Assembly: GCA_964036045.1 (NCBI GenBank)
Contig: OZ038378.1
Location: forward strand, 197,532,001 to 197,596,000
Source: Eutreptiella sp. 'Long Island Sound 2002'
Lineage: Eukaryota; Protista; Euglenida
Direction of reading: 5' to 3'
DNA length: 64,000 nucleotides
The notes below the pieces were generated by a model. The model had not been told where the DNA came from. It saw nothing but the letters and a program-made list of their open reading frames with translations, and did no database searches. This document shows, piece by piece, positions 38,097 to 48,252 of the stretch (positions are counted from its first letter, which is position 1; every line of letters begins with the position of its first letter). The translations under genes were made by a program, and so were the position numbers.

Positions 38097-39778
38097 TTTC
38101 TGCAAGCGCGCTCAACAGTTGCATCGAGGGTTTCATGACCCTTGCCATGGGAGGCCCAAGTGGGCATGGCAGGTCAACATATAATATGCATCAAAGAATT
38201 GAACTCATGAGATTTCGCTCCGCTGTGTTCTTTCTTTTTTGTTGAAATCACAAGCTCGCAGCAGTGGACAACCATGCTTGGCCTTGGTAGTAAAGTATAA
38301 ATTGTGGATCTTCCGAGCACTCATGGGGTTCTCCCAAGCACCTTTGAATCACAAGTTTGCAACATATCTGCACTGCAAAGTCAAGTCATGCCGGTTGGCA
38401 CATGATTTATGCATTAGAGGACCAAATCACATGTTTGGGATATTCCTCTCTTTTGTTTGAATGAGAAGGTTGCAACACCTACGACCGCACTTGCATTTGC
38501 TGGTCATTGATCACTCCCATGGTCATGGTCAAGGGAAGATAGGTTCCCTCGAACCGGTTCCTCTTCCATTTTTCTTCTTCGCCGACTCCTTTGTCCACAC
38601 ATTCAACCTTATTTGTTTTGCCCACATGATTCAATCCACCCATCCCCCCACCAAGCAATTCATGGGGAGACGGGAGCTGGACTACAAGAGATGACAGAGG
38701 TGCATAGCCATAATGTGAGGACTCACAAGTGCTCACATGTTGTGGACCCCTCATCTATGACGTCTGGTCCTTGTCGAACCGTGATTGCCCGCTGTGAGCA
38801 CTTTCGTCTTCTTTCTCCCCTTGTAGGCCATAGTTTTGCTCCCAACAAGTACCTCAATCTCCTCTTGGGGTGTATTTTGTGGCGGGGACTTCCCTGAGTC
38901 GTTCCTGACTGATGATAAGGCCACATAATACTCTTGACTGCGCCCACACTTGTTCCTTGAGCTTGTCTTTCGAGTAGTACCCCCCCCCCTACATCCCACA
39001 TCTCTCCCCGTTACCGTAGTCATCTATGCAGGCTTGAGTGAACGCTTTGGCAATCCCCCCCCCTATTTTCTCTAATTATCGGCCGGTTGGCCCACTCATA
39101 GTTCCCCCTTCTATCCCCCCCCCCCCCCACAATGCGGGAAGCCACCCTTAAGCAGGTTGTTGGATCACAATTTCCCTTCCTTCTACCTTCCCTCTTTTCC
39201 CATGTGTCTGGCAGCCCACACACTTGGCAACCCCGTAATTCTATTGCTAGCCCCAGGTTGCAGAGATGAGGCAATTGAACGTGTGATGTAGCCAATGTAA
39301 TTTTGTTTCTTGAACTGTGCATTTTCTGTCCCATACCTCCTTGCCGTCACCTCCCCATCCACCGTGACCCATGCTTTGGGATGTGGGTGAATCTTTGTAT
39401 AATTGGGTCAGGGACAGTTTATAGTATGGTGTCGATTTATGTTGAGAAAAAACGGTTGCAAAATATTTGCGCGAATGGTGGTGGTTTGGGTTCTACCCAT
39501 TTCTTCACTCGTGACACAACATTTTTGCACTCTTTGGCCGCGCGCATATTCGTTCTTATCAAATTTCCACTTATCTTATTACAAGAGCATCTTCAAAGTT
39601 ATAAACGCCCCCAAGACATATGAGCAATTACAATATTTGCGATGTACCTTGGAAATGGGGGATGCCCATTTTGTTTTTTCTCATCTTGTGATCTTTGAGT
39701 TTGCTCAAGCTTTCATGCTCACAGTATGTCTTCTCCTAGCAAAGGCTGTGAGTGCAACCTGATGCATTGGCTGTTGTG

Positions 39779-40310
39779 TGAAAGTGCTGCCCTGGGTCGT
39801 TGTGGGTGCCGGAGGGCTCGGGGCCGGCAAGACCAGTGGGGCAGGCACGCGAGGAGTCTCCCTGGATGTTGTTATTGGGGGTAGAACCGGATACTCGGAC
39901 ACCAACAGAGGCGAGAGCAGCGACAACAGAAGCAAGGTCCATGCTGATTGTTATCCGGCAGAAAATCCCAGTCTATGAAGAAAATTGAGGGGAATTATTC
40001 TAAATACATCTGAGTGTCCAAAACTGTCTGAAAAGATTTAAATAATCCAATTATGTAAAAATGTTTGGCCGATCTGGCCCGCGAGCGCGCGTCAGCGGCA
40101 AATGGCGATTCCAGCTAAAATAGCGGAACGCGGCGGATTTACGGGAAATGGACCGCGGAATCAAATCCGGCATATCAGAAATATATAGGAAATATCCTGA
40201 GACTGAGCTGCGAGGCGGCAATTCCGCCGAAGCAAAGAAAGTGACCAAAATGTAGCCAATCTGGACAGAATGTCTGAAAATCTGAGCAGATGGGGCTAGC
40301 CGCACTTACA
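39779..40310 (-). repeat. 3' LTR (532 bp)
   Basis: TGAAAGTGCTG...GCCGCACTTACA. Three substitutions seen versus 54875-55406. Confidence 0.97.
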
Positions 40311-40320
40311 CTCTCCCTCC
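40311..40320 (-). promoter_or_regulatory. Polypurine tract (GGAGGGAGAG on the minus strand)
   Basis: Abuts the 3' LTR start on the minus strand. Confidence 0.85.
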
Positions 40321-41955
40321 AAAAACACACTGGGGTGTGTCGCTACGTCAACGAAGAAAGTAGTGCGGGTAAGTCCCAGAAAAACATAGAAATGTAGCCT
40401 TGATGGGGCGAAATCTGCTTGATCTGACCTGATTTGAGCTGAATTGGCACTGAATCAGGCTGGATGAACCTGAAATGAGACAAAATGAGAAGTGACAAAC
40501 AGTCCTCCGTGCAGTAAAACATTAGGTCAAGGGCTAAAAAGCATGTAAACGTATCGAGAATCGATACCAAACCATGCATTGGTTGAGAATGAGGTAGATT
40601 ATTGATGGAATGAGTGGGGGGATCAAGAATTGGAGTGACATCTCAGCACTCTGGCACAGTTTCGCTGTCGCGGGCACGCTACGGTGTCCTCGCCGAACTC
40701 TACATCGTGTTATCCCGCTTTTGTCGTTCTGAAAAGTACAGCATGTGGCTCAGAATTAGCGCATCTGGTGGATGATCACAAAATTGAGCAAGATTGAGAG
40801 TCAAATTGAGCAGAGATTAAGGGGATGAGACAATCACAGTGAGGAAAAACAAATACAGATGTAGTCTGTAGACCCTAAGTGAACCACGGAAGGTAAAGAT
40901 GTTTTTCTGTTCACTTAGATCTAAACAGATCTTCGAGGAATGATGGGAGATGACAAGGCAATCAACCTAAATTGTCCTACAATGAGTAAATTCCCTGAGA
41001 TGGAGGTGAAATGCAGCGGAATGTCTACAACTGAAACTACTAACACTTTCGTTTAGACTAAAGTTAATATATATTGTCGTTCATTCAGCTCAATTGTGCT
41101 TTCCGGCACGTTGGTTCGCGAGCATCCAACAGATTCCATCAAAATGTGGATCATGTGATGATGCATCATGATGAGACATGATAGCCCTGGATCCTTGGCA
41201 TGTAACGCGCCGAAGGTTCTCTGAAGGCGCTTTACTGACAGTATATAACTGAGAGACACCGAATTTACAGTGGCGGTGGTGTCAATCGACTTGGACAAGG
41301 CCAATCTTTCAATGAAGTCCCACAAGACACTTGGATTCACCATTCTCAACAGTTTCAGGTCGGATTGAGCTCACATTGGCGTGTGCCAAAAATACAACGA
41401 AGCTTACGGACTTCAGAGGTTGCTTTTAGAAGTCCCTAGAGCTCCTATCTGAAGGTTGTCTGAACAATTGACGTCTGGGTTTCGTACAACAGTGGCAGAA
41501 TGATGGACAAACCTGAAAAATTCAAGGCAAATTTGAGGATCCTGGATCTGAATCTGGACTTTGGCGTCAGCATCACAGCAAATGAAGGTGAGATCTGAGT
41601 CCCTGGCGTCGCATCTGGTGCAGCCAGTACTACAGGGGGTGCCTGTAGGGGTGAATGTCGCCGGCCGGCGTTGACACTATGTACATTTGCTTCCATCTGC
41701 ACGAGTAGCCAAATTCCAAAGATGCACAGACCAACAGAGACAAGATTACCCCGAATCTGCCTGAATTAAGCCTGAGTTTGGTTTTTTCTGAACACGGCAG
41801 CACACTCCGTCAGCGTATCTACGCCTTGTCTGCCGAACGGAGACCAAAGAAAAGTTGATTGATGTCAAATTATCAAACATTCGCAATTCTCCACATCATG
41901 ACATAAACAGAAAGAATGAACAGTGGATTGAGCAGAATGTGGTAGGATGGCTTCC

Positions 41956-43389
41956 TCAATTCGGCCAAGCACGAATACATGTGACCACCAACCTGTCTGG
42001 CCTGGCCCTCGTACGGCTTGGGCGCTGCAAATCAGCGGCCGAACTTGAAGCTTGGTCCTCATTTGGCTCCTGGGCTGGCCTGACCGCAGGAGGGGGGATC
42101 GACGGATCAGCCCTGGAATGTGGCTGCTGAGGGACGTAAAAGGCTGGATCTCGATTCACCACAGGTCGTTTTCCGTCGCTCTCCACTTGTCTGTCTGGTT
42201 TCGACAAACAGTCTGTCAGGAGTACACCAATTTCGGGGTGCTTCTTGAGGAAGTCGATGAACCCCTTAGTGTACCCATGGACAAAAGATTGGGCTGGTTC
42301 CCAGTTGTTGTGACTGGAATCAAAGCCCCTCCACTCACACAGAAATTCCCATTCGCCCTTGGCGTCACGTCTTGCTTCAACAATCCTCCTGAGTTCGTAC
42401 TTCCCCCCTTCGATGACCCGATCAGACAAGTGTTTCGCAGTCCAAAAAAGGGGTTTAACTCGATCTTTGGGGGAGGGGATCTCTCTCTTGAGGCGATCGC
42501 CCGAAACGTCAATTTCCCTGCTGACATCCACACGAATCCTCCACCTGTTCTCACCAAGACGCGCTGTAACAGCAAATGGCCCCTCCCACAAGGGAAGAAG
42601 CTTGTCATCTCCGTCCAGGGTGGTTTCGGATTTTCGAAGCCAAACTCGATCATCGACTTCAAAATTGTGGGGGTTTTTTCGGCCTTGATTTTGAACCCAA
42701 AGCCAGTCAGCTTGATGCTTCTCGATCATTTTCGACACAGATTTATCTGCTCGTTGGACTTCGTCCAAAAACAGCGAAGCATCCTTACAGGGGCGAGGAT
42801 TATTCAACGGCATGTTCCACCAACACTTCTTTCGTCCAAAGACAATTTCATTTGGAGAAAGGCCATGATACAAAGGCGTGTTGTGGTAACGGCGAAGCAA
42901 TGCGAAGAGAACTTCCATCCAATGGAAATCCTTTTCACTCGCGAGCTCCTTACGAAGCATATTAATAATTGAGCGGCCGGCTCTTTCGCCAGGCAACGCT
43001 CGATGCGAGTGGATTTCACATCGGAGGTGGTGGATTCCAAGGCGAGCACACAATTCTCTCCACCATTCGGAGGTGTACTCTTTGCCTGAATCCGTGACCA
43101 CCTCGGATGGGACGTCCCAGCCTCCCATCCAGGTCTGCGCGCACCACTTGGCGGCAGCCTTGCCAGTCATCGACTGAATGTTGCAAGGCAACACTTGAAT
43201 GTAGCCGGAATGACGGCACTGAATAAGGAGCACACCATTGACTTTTTTATTAGTCCAATGGCACTCTTCGTCATCGAGCTCACCGAGATAGAAAAAATCA
43301 CTCGTGACTCTGTTAAAGAGGCGCTCCGGAATAGGATGTGGCCTCAGATGGCCGTGCTTCTTCGCGCTGGGGGGCGTCGAGACAGCACA
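41956..43389 (-). CDS. C-terminal part of Pol: integrase core, GPF motif and chromodomain (separated from the rest of pol by the TIR insertion)
   Basis: In frame from TGT at 43389: CAVSTPP...VTSDFFY (D)...VTDSG (D)...PGERAGR (E, 34 residues after the second D), WEGPF, then YELRRIVEARR...FLCEWRGFDSSHNNWEP. Confidence 0.93.
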   Translation of the reverse strand, partial: CAVSTPPSAKKHGHLRPHPIPERLFNRVTSDFFYLGELDDEECHWTNKKVNGVLLIQCRHSGYIQVLPCNIQSMTGKAAAKWCAQTWMGGWDVPSEVVTDSGKEYTSEWWRELCARLGIHHLRCEIHSHRALPGERAGRSIINMLRKELASEKDFHWMEVLFALLRRYHNTPLYHGLSPNEIVFGRKKCWWNMPLNNPRPCKDASLFLDEVQRADKSVSKMIEKHQADWLWVQNQGRKNPHNFEVDDRVWLRKSETTLDGDDKLLPLWEGPFAVTARLGENRWRIRVDVSREIDVSGDRLKREIPSPKDRVKPLFWTAKHLSDRVIEGGKYELRRIVEARRDAKGEWEFLCEWRGFDSSHNNWEPAQSFVHGYTKGFIDFLKKHPEIGVLLTDCLSKPDRQVESDGKRPVVNRDPAFYVPQQPHSRADPSIPPPAVRPAQEPNEDQASSSAADLQRPSRTRARPDRLVVTCIRAWPN

Positions 43390-43409
43390 TTAGATTCGGG
43401 CCACCTCGC

Positions 43410-44280
43410 CCTCCTGTCGCCATCCTGTCGCCTCCCTGTCGCCTCCCTGTCGCTTTTTTGGCACTTTCAGCCCCCTGTCGCTCCCCTGTCGCTTGCCTGT
43501 CGCTTCCCTGTCGCTGTCCTGTCGCTCCCCTGTCGCTCCCCTGTCGCTTCCCTGTCGCTGGCCTGCCGCCCTCCTGTCGCTATCCTGTCGCTTCCTGTTG
43601 CTTCCTGTCGTTTCCTGTCGCCATGCTACTTTTTGCCTGGCGCCTTCTTGTCGCTCTCTTGTCGCTCTCCTGTCGTTCCCTCCTGTTGCTCTCCTGTCGC
43701 TATTTCCTGTTGCCTCCCTGTCGCCCTCCTGTCGCTTGCATGTCGTCTTACTGCCGCCTCCCTGTCGCCTCCCTGTCGCCTCCCTGTCGCCTCCCTGTCG
43801 CCCAACTTGGTAACCTGTCGCTCTCCTGTCGCTTGCCTGTCGCTTGCCTGTCGCTTGCCTGTCGTCTTCCTGCCGCCTCCCTTTTGCCTCCCTGTCGCCT
43901 CCCTGTCGCCTCCCTGTCGCCCAACGTGGTAACCCGACGCTCTCCTGTCGCTCGCCTGTCGCTTGCCTGTCGCTTGCCTGTCGCGTTCCTGTCGCCTCCT
44001 TGTCGCCTCCCGTTCGCCTCCCTGTCGCCTCCCTGTCGCCCAATGTGGTAACCTGTCGCTGTCCTGTCGCTTGCCTATCGCTTGCCTGTCGTTTGCCTAT
44101 CGCCTTTTTGATGCCTCCCTTTTGCCTCCCTGTCGCCTCCCTGTCGCCTCCCTGTCACCCAATGTGTTACCCTGTCGCTCCCCTATTGCACTGTTGTGGC
44201 TTGCCTGTCGCTTTCCTCTCGGCAGCCTGTTGCCTACCTGTCGCTTCCCTTTCGCTTTCCTCTCGCCGGCTTGTCGCCTT
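43410..44280 (+). repeat. Left subterminal (C)CTGTCGC repeat array
   Basis: Dozens of CTGTCGC units. The ORFs predicted over it are repeat artefacts. Confidence 0.92.
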
Positions 44281-46590
44281 TTTGGCGCTTTTTGGTGCGA
44301 GGAAAAAAGAAACCTTGTCCCTGTTGAGATGTTTCCCTTTTGCCTTGTGATTCACCATCTTGTGGGTCTCAAGCATATCCATTATTGTTGTCTCACTCTT
44401 TGATCTCCCATTTATCTATGCAAATGGCATGATTTGGTTGTGAAAAGCAATTCGACGCGGAAAGCCACAAACACCTCAAACGGGGAGTTCCATAGTAACA
44501 AAAGTGTTCTTTGTTCAGGCCAAAATGTCGCATTGCGCCTTAGCAAACCTCCCCAAGGGTGTGCAAAGCAATGATGCAAATCGCACTTCAATGCTCCAAT
44601 CATTTGCATTGTTTGACAATCCTAAATTCCCAACACCCTTGTTGATCTACTATGCACATTTGCATGGCCGCTCAGCTATAGGCTCGCAACCTTTTTGTAA
44701 AATCAAACTGAATCTCACAATTATGTAGTACACACGCCGCCAAGAAGAAATAGGTCAGCTTGTTATCTTCGCTCCTAAGGTGTAATGATGAAAAAGCAAC
44801 CTACTATACAAATCAAACACACATCTATTTAGCTATTTAGCATCCTCACTACATCCTCACGCACCGAAGTCTACCATGTTTCTTTTTTCAGCCCGTGCTT
44901 TTGCTAATGCAAAATAGGCTTCAATTTATATTCCATACGCTGCCATTTTATCCTTTGTTTTTGGCGCCCCCAGATTTTACCAATGCAAAAACATCTTGAA
45001 CATACAATCTACCTCTGCTCCTGCCCAGCCAAAAATGGCCCATTATACGTTCCATACCCGTTCCGCTTTCAAAGGCTTTCAAACATGTTGTTCTTGCAGG
45101 TCATGCTTTTGCCCGTGCAAAATAGGTTTAAACTTACCTTCCATGCCTAGTATATTTATCTTTGTATTTGCCAATCCGCGATTTACCGCTGCAAAATGGT
45201 TCAAAAACCCATGCTATTTCTGAACCCTTACAAACATGTTGTTTTTTGCAACCCAGGCTTTTGACAATGCACTGCTAGATTCAACTTACATTCCATGCCA
45301 CATCTACTTATGGTTTTTTTGCCTTCTACTAAAGTTTGCAAACCGGTCGTAGTGAACAATCAGAAAAACCGTTCCTTGGCCATGCCCATCCTGATTTCCT
45401 GCTGGCCGTCGCCTGCAGCCCATGCCCAGGTCACAAAGTTTGACACATCACATCCTTAAAATTAAAAAAAATATTTGGTACCAAGTAGGGCTTCCAAATT
45501 TGTCCACATCAATTTTGTCAACCCCTGAAATATATCCCCCCCGGGATGCATTTCAGTAGCCATAATCTCCACCATAACATCCAGGTATGAGCCTGGGTCA
45601 TTGACCATTTTGGACCAAGGGTTCCAAGGTGTTTGGCACTGATTCAAACAACTTCAGCATATTTCTTCCTGCAGCATTTTTTTCTCCTGAGAAACTCCTC
45701 GCAACCCTAAAAAAAAAATTACAACATATGCAAGCAAGCTACTACAGCAAATGCCGCCCCCCAGCCTCCCCCTCACCTTGCCCACTGAAAAAGGCATTTT
45801 TCTTCAGAATTGCCAATCCCATGAAAACAGGACAACTCACACATCCCTCTGTCACATTCTCAGTCTGCTCAGTGCCCCAGGGCGATTGGCATGCAGAAGC
45901 AGGGGGAACCACATCTGTGCCTTGCAAGATGAGTCAATTGAATCTGGAAAAATGTTGGCACCAACATTGACAGTAATGATCTCTCCGACAATAACTGAGG
46001 GAGAGCCCCAATGTGTACAGACCAAGACCCATGTGGATCAAACAACCAAACAACCCCGAGTGGGGAGAAGGCAGGTTTGAATAAGAATCATAACTTCTTC
46101 ACACCATGGCCTTCACACGACACAGTGGTGTGTGTGGACAGTAGGAGGCAATTGTGTTGTGAGCATATGGGAGGGGCTGGGGCAGGGGTTCACAGGTGTT
46201 GCAGAGTCACCCAATGCGTGCAGGCACATCGAACAGAGGGTCAAGGAGGACAAATATGAACAACTGCAAGCCCAGTGAGGAACGACACAGGATTGCGGTC
46301 GGTGGTCGGTGGTCGGTGTCGCACATCGAGTGGTTGCGAGGCGACGGCACTTTCATTGGATTCCAGGGGACCTTGGTCCTCTGCATACAGTCACCAGAAG
46401 CAATGATCCCAGCTGCATCACATCATAAGCGCAGAGTGCGACCACACTGGTATCCGCTGTAGCGACTGAAAATCCTGTGGACGCATCAAGGTAAGATAAG
46501 ACAAGATAAGAGCTGCGCCCCTCTTGGCTGAGCACCTGAGTTTTTCAACCGCAATCACATTCGCCCAATCACAGCACACGCCGACACTCA

Positions 46591-46990
46591 GACACTGAAA
46601 GGACACAGCACGCGCCCACACTCAACTGACACTGACAGCACGCGCCGACACTTAAATGACACTCACAGCACGCGCCGACACTCAACTGACACTCACAGCA
46701 CGCGCCGACACTCAAATAACACTCACAGCACGCGCCGACACTCAAATGACACTCACAGCACGCGCCGACACTCAAATGACACTCACAGCACGCGCCGACA
46801 CTCAAACGACACTCACAGCACGCGCCGACACTCAAACGACACTGACAGCACGCGCCCACACTCAAATGACACTCACAGCACGCGCGAACACTCAAACGAC
46901 ACTCACAGCACGCGCCGACACGCAAACGACACTCACAGCACGCGCGAACACTCAAATGACACTCACAGCACGCGGGAACACTCAAATAAC
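46591..46990. repeat. 30 bp minisatellite, about 13 copies (CTCAAATGACACTCACAGCACGCGCCGACA)
   Basis: Exact 30 bp periodicity across 46621-46980, with partial units on both sides. Confidence 0.95.
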
Positions 46991-46994
46991 AGTC

Positions 46995-47370
46995 AGAGCA
47001 AGCAGCAGCAGCAGCAGCAGCAAGCTGTAGCACCACCACCAGCAAGCAGCAGCAGCACCATGAGCATGCAGCAGCAGCACCAGCCGCAGCAGCAAGCTGC
47101 AGCAGCACCACCACCAGCAAGCAGCAGCAGCGCTAGCAGCAAGCAGCCGCAGCTCCAACACACACGGCGGCAGCGGCAGCTTCAGCAGCAGCAGCGGCAA
47201 GCAGACCGTGGACCTCGGCCCCGTCTTCTTTTCTTTTTCTTTTCCTTCTTCTCTTCTCTGCTCCTTCCTCTTGTGCTCCTTCTTCGTCTTCTTCGTCACC
47301 TTCTTTGTGTCTTCATATTCTTCCCTCCTGTTCTTCTTCTCCTTCTTCTTCACTTGCTTCCTGTGTCGCC
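46995..47370. repeat. (CAG)n-rich tract followed by a (CTT)n pyrimidine tract
   Basis: Direct inspection. Confidence 0.85.
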
Positions 47371-47779
47371 CTGCACACACAGAACAGACAGAAAAATTCA
47401 ACCACTAATCTTAGTCAAACGGAACAGACACAAAACGAAATTGAACAGTTGTAAATTGCATACCTGTACGCCATTTTCTGCATATCGGGATTGCCGGTGG
47501 GGTTAGGAATTCCCGGACAGGTTGCTCGCTGCTAGCTATTCACTTAAACCATCATGTCACAAAGCAAAGATATTTTTCTGTTGAAAAACAATGGAGTGTA
47601 GTGATTCCAAAAAAGATTAAAATTCACCAAACGCTAAAAATCTGTCCCTGAAACAATGAAATGACATCTTAACAAGAATCCCAATAAATCTAAAACATTG
47701 GTTCTCATTTTCTTTACATATATCGACCTATATAAAAAACCATGTACTATTTTGTCTCACTTGTTGTCCTCCACAAGCC

Positions 47780-48230
47780 TGTCGCTCTCCTGTCGCATCC
47801 CTGTCGCCTTCCTGTCGCCTTCCTGTCGCCTTCCTGTCGCAAAAAAACACCCTGTCGCTCTCCTGTCGCTCTCCTGTCGCTCTCCTGTCGCTTTCTCCTG
47901 TCGCTTCCCTGTCGCTTCCCTGTCGCCGCTAGCCCTGTTGCCCTCCTGTCGTCTTCCTTTCGCTTTCCTGTCGCTTATCCTGTCGCTATGTCTTGTTTCC
48001 TGTCGCTTCCCTGTCGCCACCCTGTCGCCACCCTGTCGCCGCCCTGTCGCCCTCCTGTCGCCCTCCTGTCGCAGCTCTCCTGTCGCCTTCCTGTCGCCTG
48101 CCTGTCGCTTCCTGTCGCTTTCCTGCCGCTTTCCTGCCGCTTTCCTGTCGTCTTCCTGTCGCCACCCTGTCGTCTTCCTGTCGCCACCCTGTCGCCTTCC
48201 TGTCGCTCCCTGCCGCATTTTGCCATCGCC
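47780..48230 (+). repeat. Right subterminal (C)CTGTCGC repeat array, in the same orientation as the left array
   Basis: CTGTCGC units on the + strand at both ends of the TIR element. Confidence 0.92.
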
Positions 48231-48252
48231 CCCCTCGCGTGGCCCGAATCTA

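Larger units (their letters stand above)
43392..48251. mobile_element. Non-autonomous TIR DNA transposon (4860 bp) inserted in the integrase Zn finger
   Basis: 13 bp TIR AGATTCGGGCCAC (43392-43404) / GTGGCCCGAATCT (48239-48251) and a 3 bp TSD ATT (43389-43391, 48252-48254). Removing the element plus one TSD restores GCAQ-CAVS in frame. No transposase ORF inside. Confidence 0.92.

Noticed and set aside
46591-46990. CRISPR-like array, or a repeat protein (MTLTARADTQ / CECHLSVGAC)n
   Set aside because: The units are contiguous 30 bp repeats with no unique spacers and there are no cas genes. The open frames follow from a stop-free unit length divisible by 3.
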